Both the position numbers and the translations under genes were made by a program. A DNA stretch of 64,000 bases from the NCBI RefSeq assembly GCF_009914755.1, contig NC_060936.1. One strand, 5' to 3'. Below the pieces are notes generated by a model, which saw only the letters and a list, made by a program, of their open reading frames with translations, searched no databases and was not told where the DNA came from. Position 1 is the first letter of the stretch, and the number at the start of each line of letters is the position of its first letter. Shown here one piece after another: positions 62,961 to 64,000 of the stretch. Origin of the DNA: the human T2T-CHM13v2.0 reference genome, Homo sapiens.

Positions 62961-64000
62961 GGCTGAAGAGCTGTCACAAAAATCTTTATAGGCCATGATT
63001 GGACTTTATCCTGAGAAGAATGAAGAGCCATTAATGAATTTTTAAGCAGAAGTGTGGAATTAGACCAGCATTTTAGATATCTCTGGCTTAGTATGGAGCA
63101 TAGATTGAAAGAGTAAAACAGAAGCCAGGGAGATTAGTTGGTGGCCCAATTTAGGGTAGTCACTGAGGGGAAGACACAAAAGATGTAGACGATGACAGGG
63201 CTTGGTGAGAGATTGCATGAATGGGTGCAGGAGCTCAGGCACCTATGATGCCCAGTTCAGGCTTTGGCAGTGGATGAGGCTGGCAGATATGCATTGAGAC
63301 CAGAGGCACAAGTGGAGCTGCAGGGTTGGGGATGAGAAGGAAAGGTGATGAGTTTCATTTGCATTGATTGAGTTGGAGGTGCCAGTGGGCAGCCAGTTGG
63401 GATGTGCAGTTGAGCGTTTGCATATACAGCTCTATGACTCAGAGGAGAGATTGGAATTGGGGATGGATTTGGGAATCTTCATCATACAGCTGATGTTTGA
63501 GGCAATAGGGCAATCTGAAGTCATGTTGGGATGTCCTGTGGCATGAGAGGAGAGTCCAGGCACTGGAGCAGCCCCTAGGGAACACAGGCAGAAGAGAATG
63601 AAAATCCGCGGGAGCTGGAGGAGTGTGGGGAACGTGGGTGGGAAACCAAGAAGAGCATCATATCACGGACCTCAAGGAAGAATGTGCTCGGGTTTTACTG
63701 GTGTCTGTCTCTCCCTTGATTTAAAATCCTCCACATAAACTGGGTTTTATTTTTCTTTGTTTTCTCCCCATCTGTCTTATCCCACCTTCAATCGGCATGA
63801 GGTTTTGTGCATAATAACTATGTCTGTGGACAAACAAAGGCATGAGTGAGTGACTACAGTTGTAGCTGGTTCTTTACATGACTGTTGTGCACACCTCCAC
63901 ACCTGCTCCTCTCCTTGCTCTCCCTGTCTCCATTCTTCTTTAAATTCTCCACGTTGTCATCAGTGGCTCTCCACTGCCTACAGAGGAGCATCCTCTGGTT

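Overview
Human (primate) genomic DNA that I recognise as the chr12q13 SPATS2-KCNH3-MCRS1 interval. Exons were mapped by hand from GT-AG boundaries and frame continuity. The window holds the last five coding exons and Alu-containing 3' UTR of SPATS2 (+). It holds the complete 15-exon KCNH3 gene (+; Kv12.2/ELK2; spliced CDS 3252 nt = 1083 aa). It also holds the complete MCRS1 gene (-; 14 coding exons, 1389 nt = 462 aa, plus an alternative start giving 475 aa). The rest is dense in Alu, L1, L2, MIR, LTR and DNA-transposon relics. There are no prokaryotic systems or CRISPR arrays, and I recognised no RNA genes. Most ORFs in the supplied track are Alu-derived or GC-rich noise. I found no wholly new biological system. 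The best leads are regulatory or evolutionary: (1) a 46-codon overlapping uORF in MCRS1 whose AUG is the last three bases of the predicted exon 1; (2) two KCNH3 uORFs, one ending 1 nt before the main AUG; (3) interlocked convergent poly(A) signals of KCNH3 and MCRS1; (4) an apparent Alu-Alu gene-conversion tract; (5) a perfect 54-bp intronic tandem duplication; (6) an Arg codon at KCNH3 residue 856 where I recall Pro.
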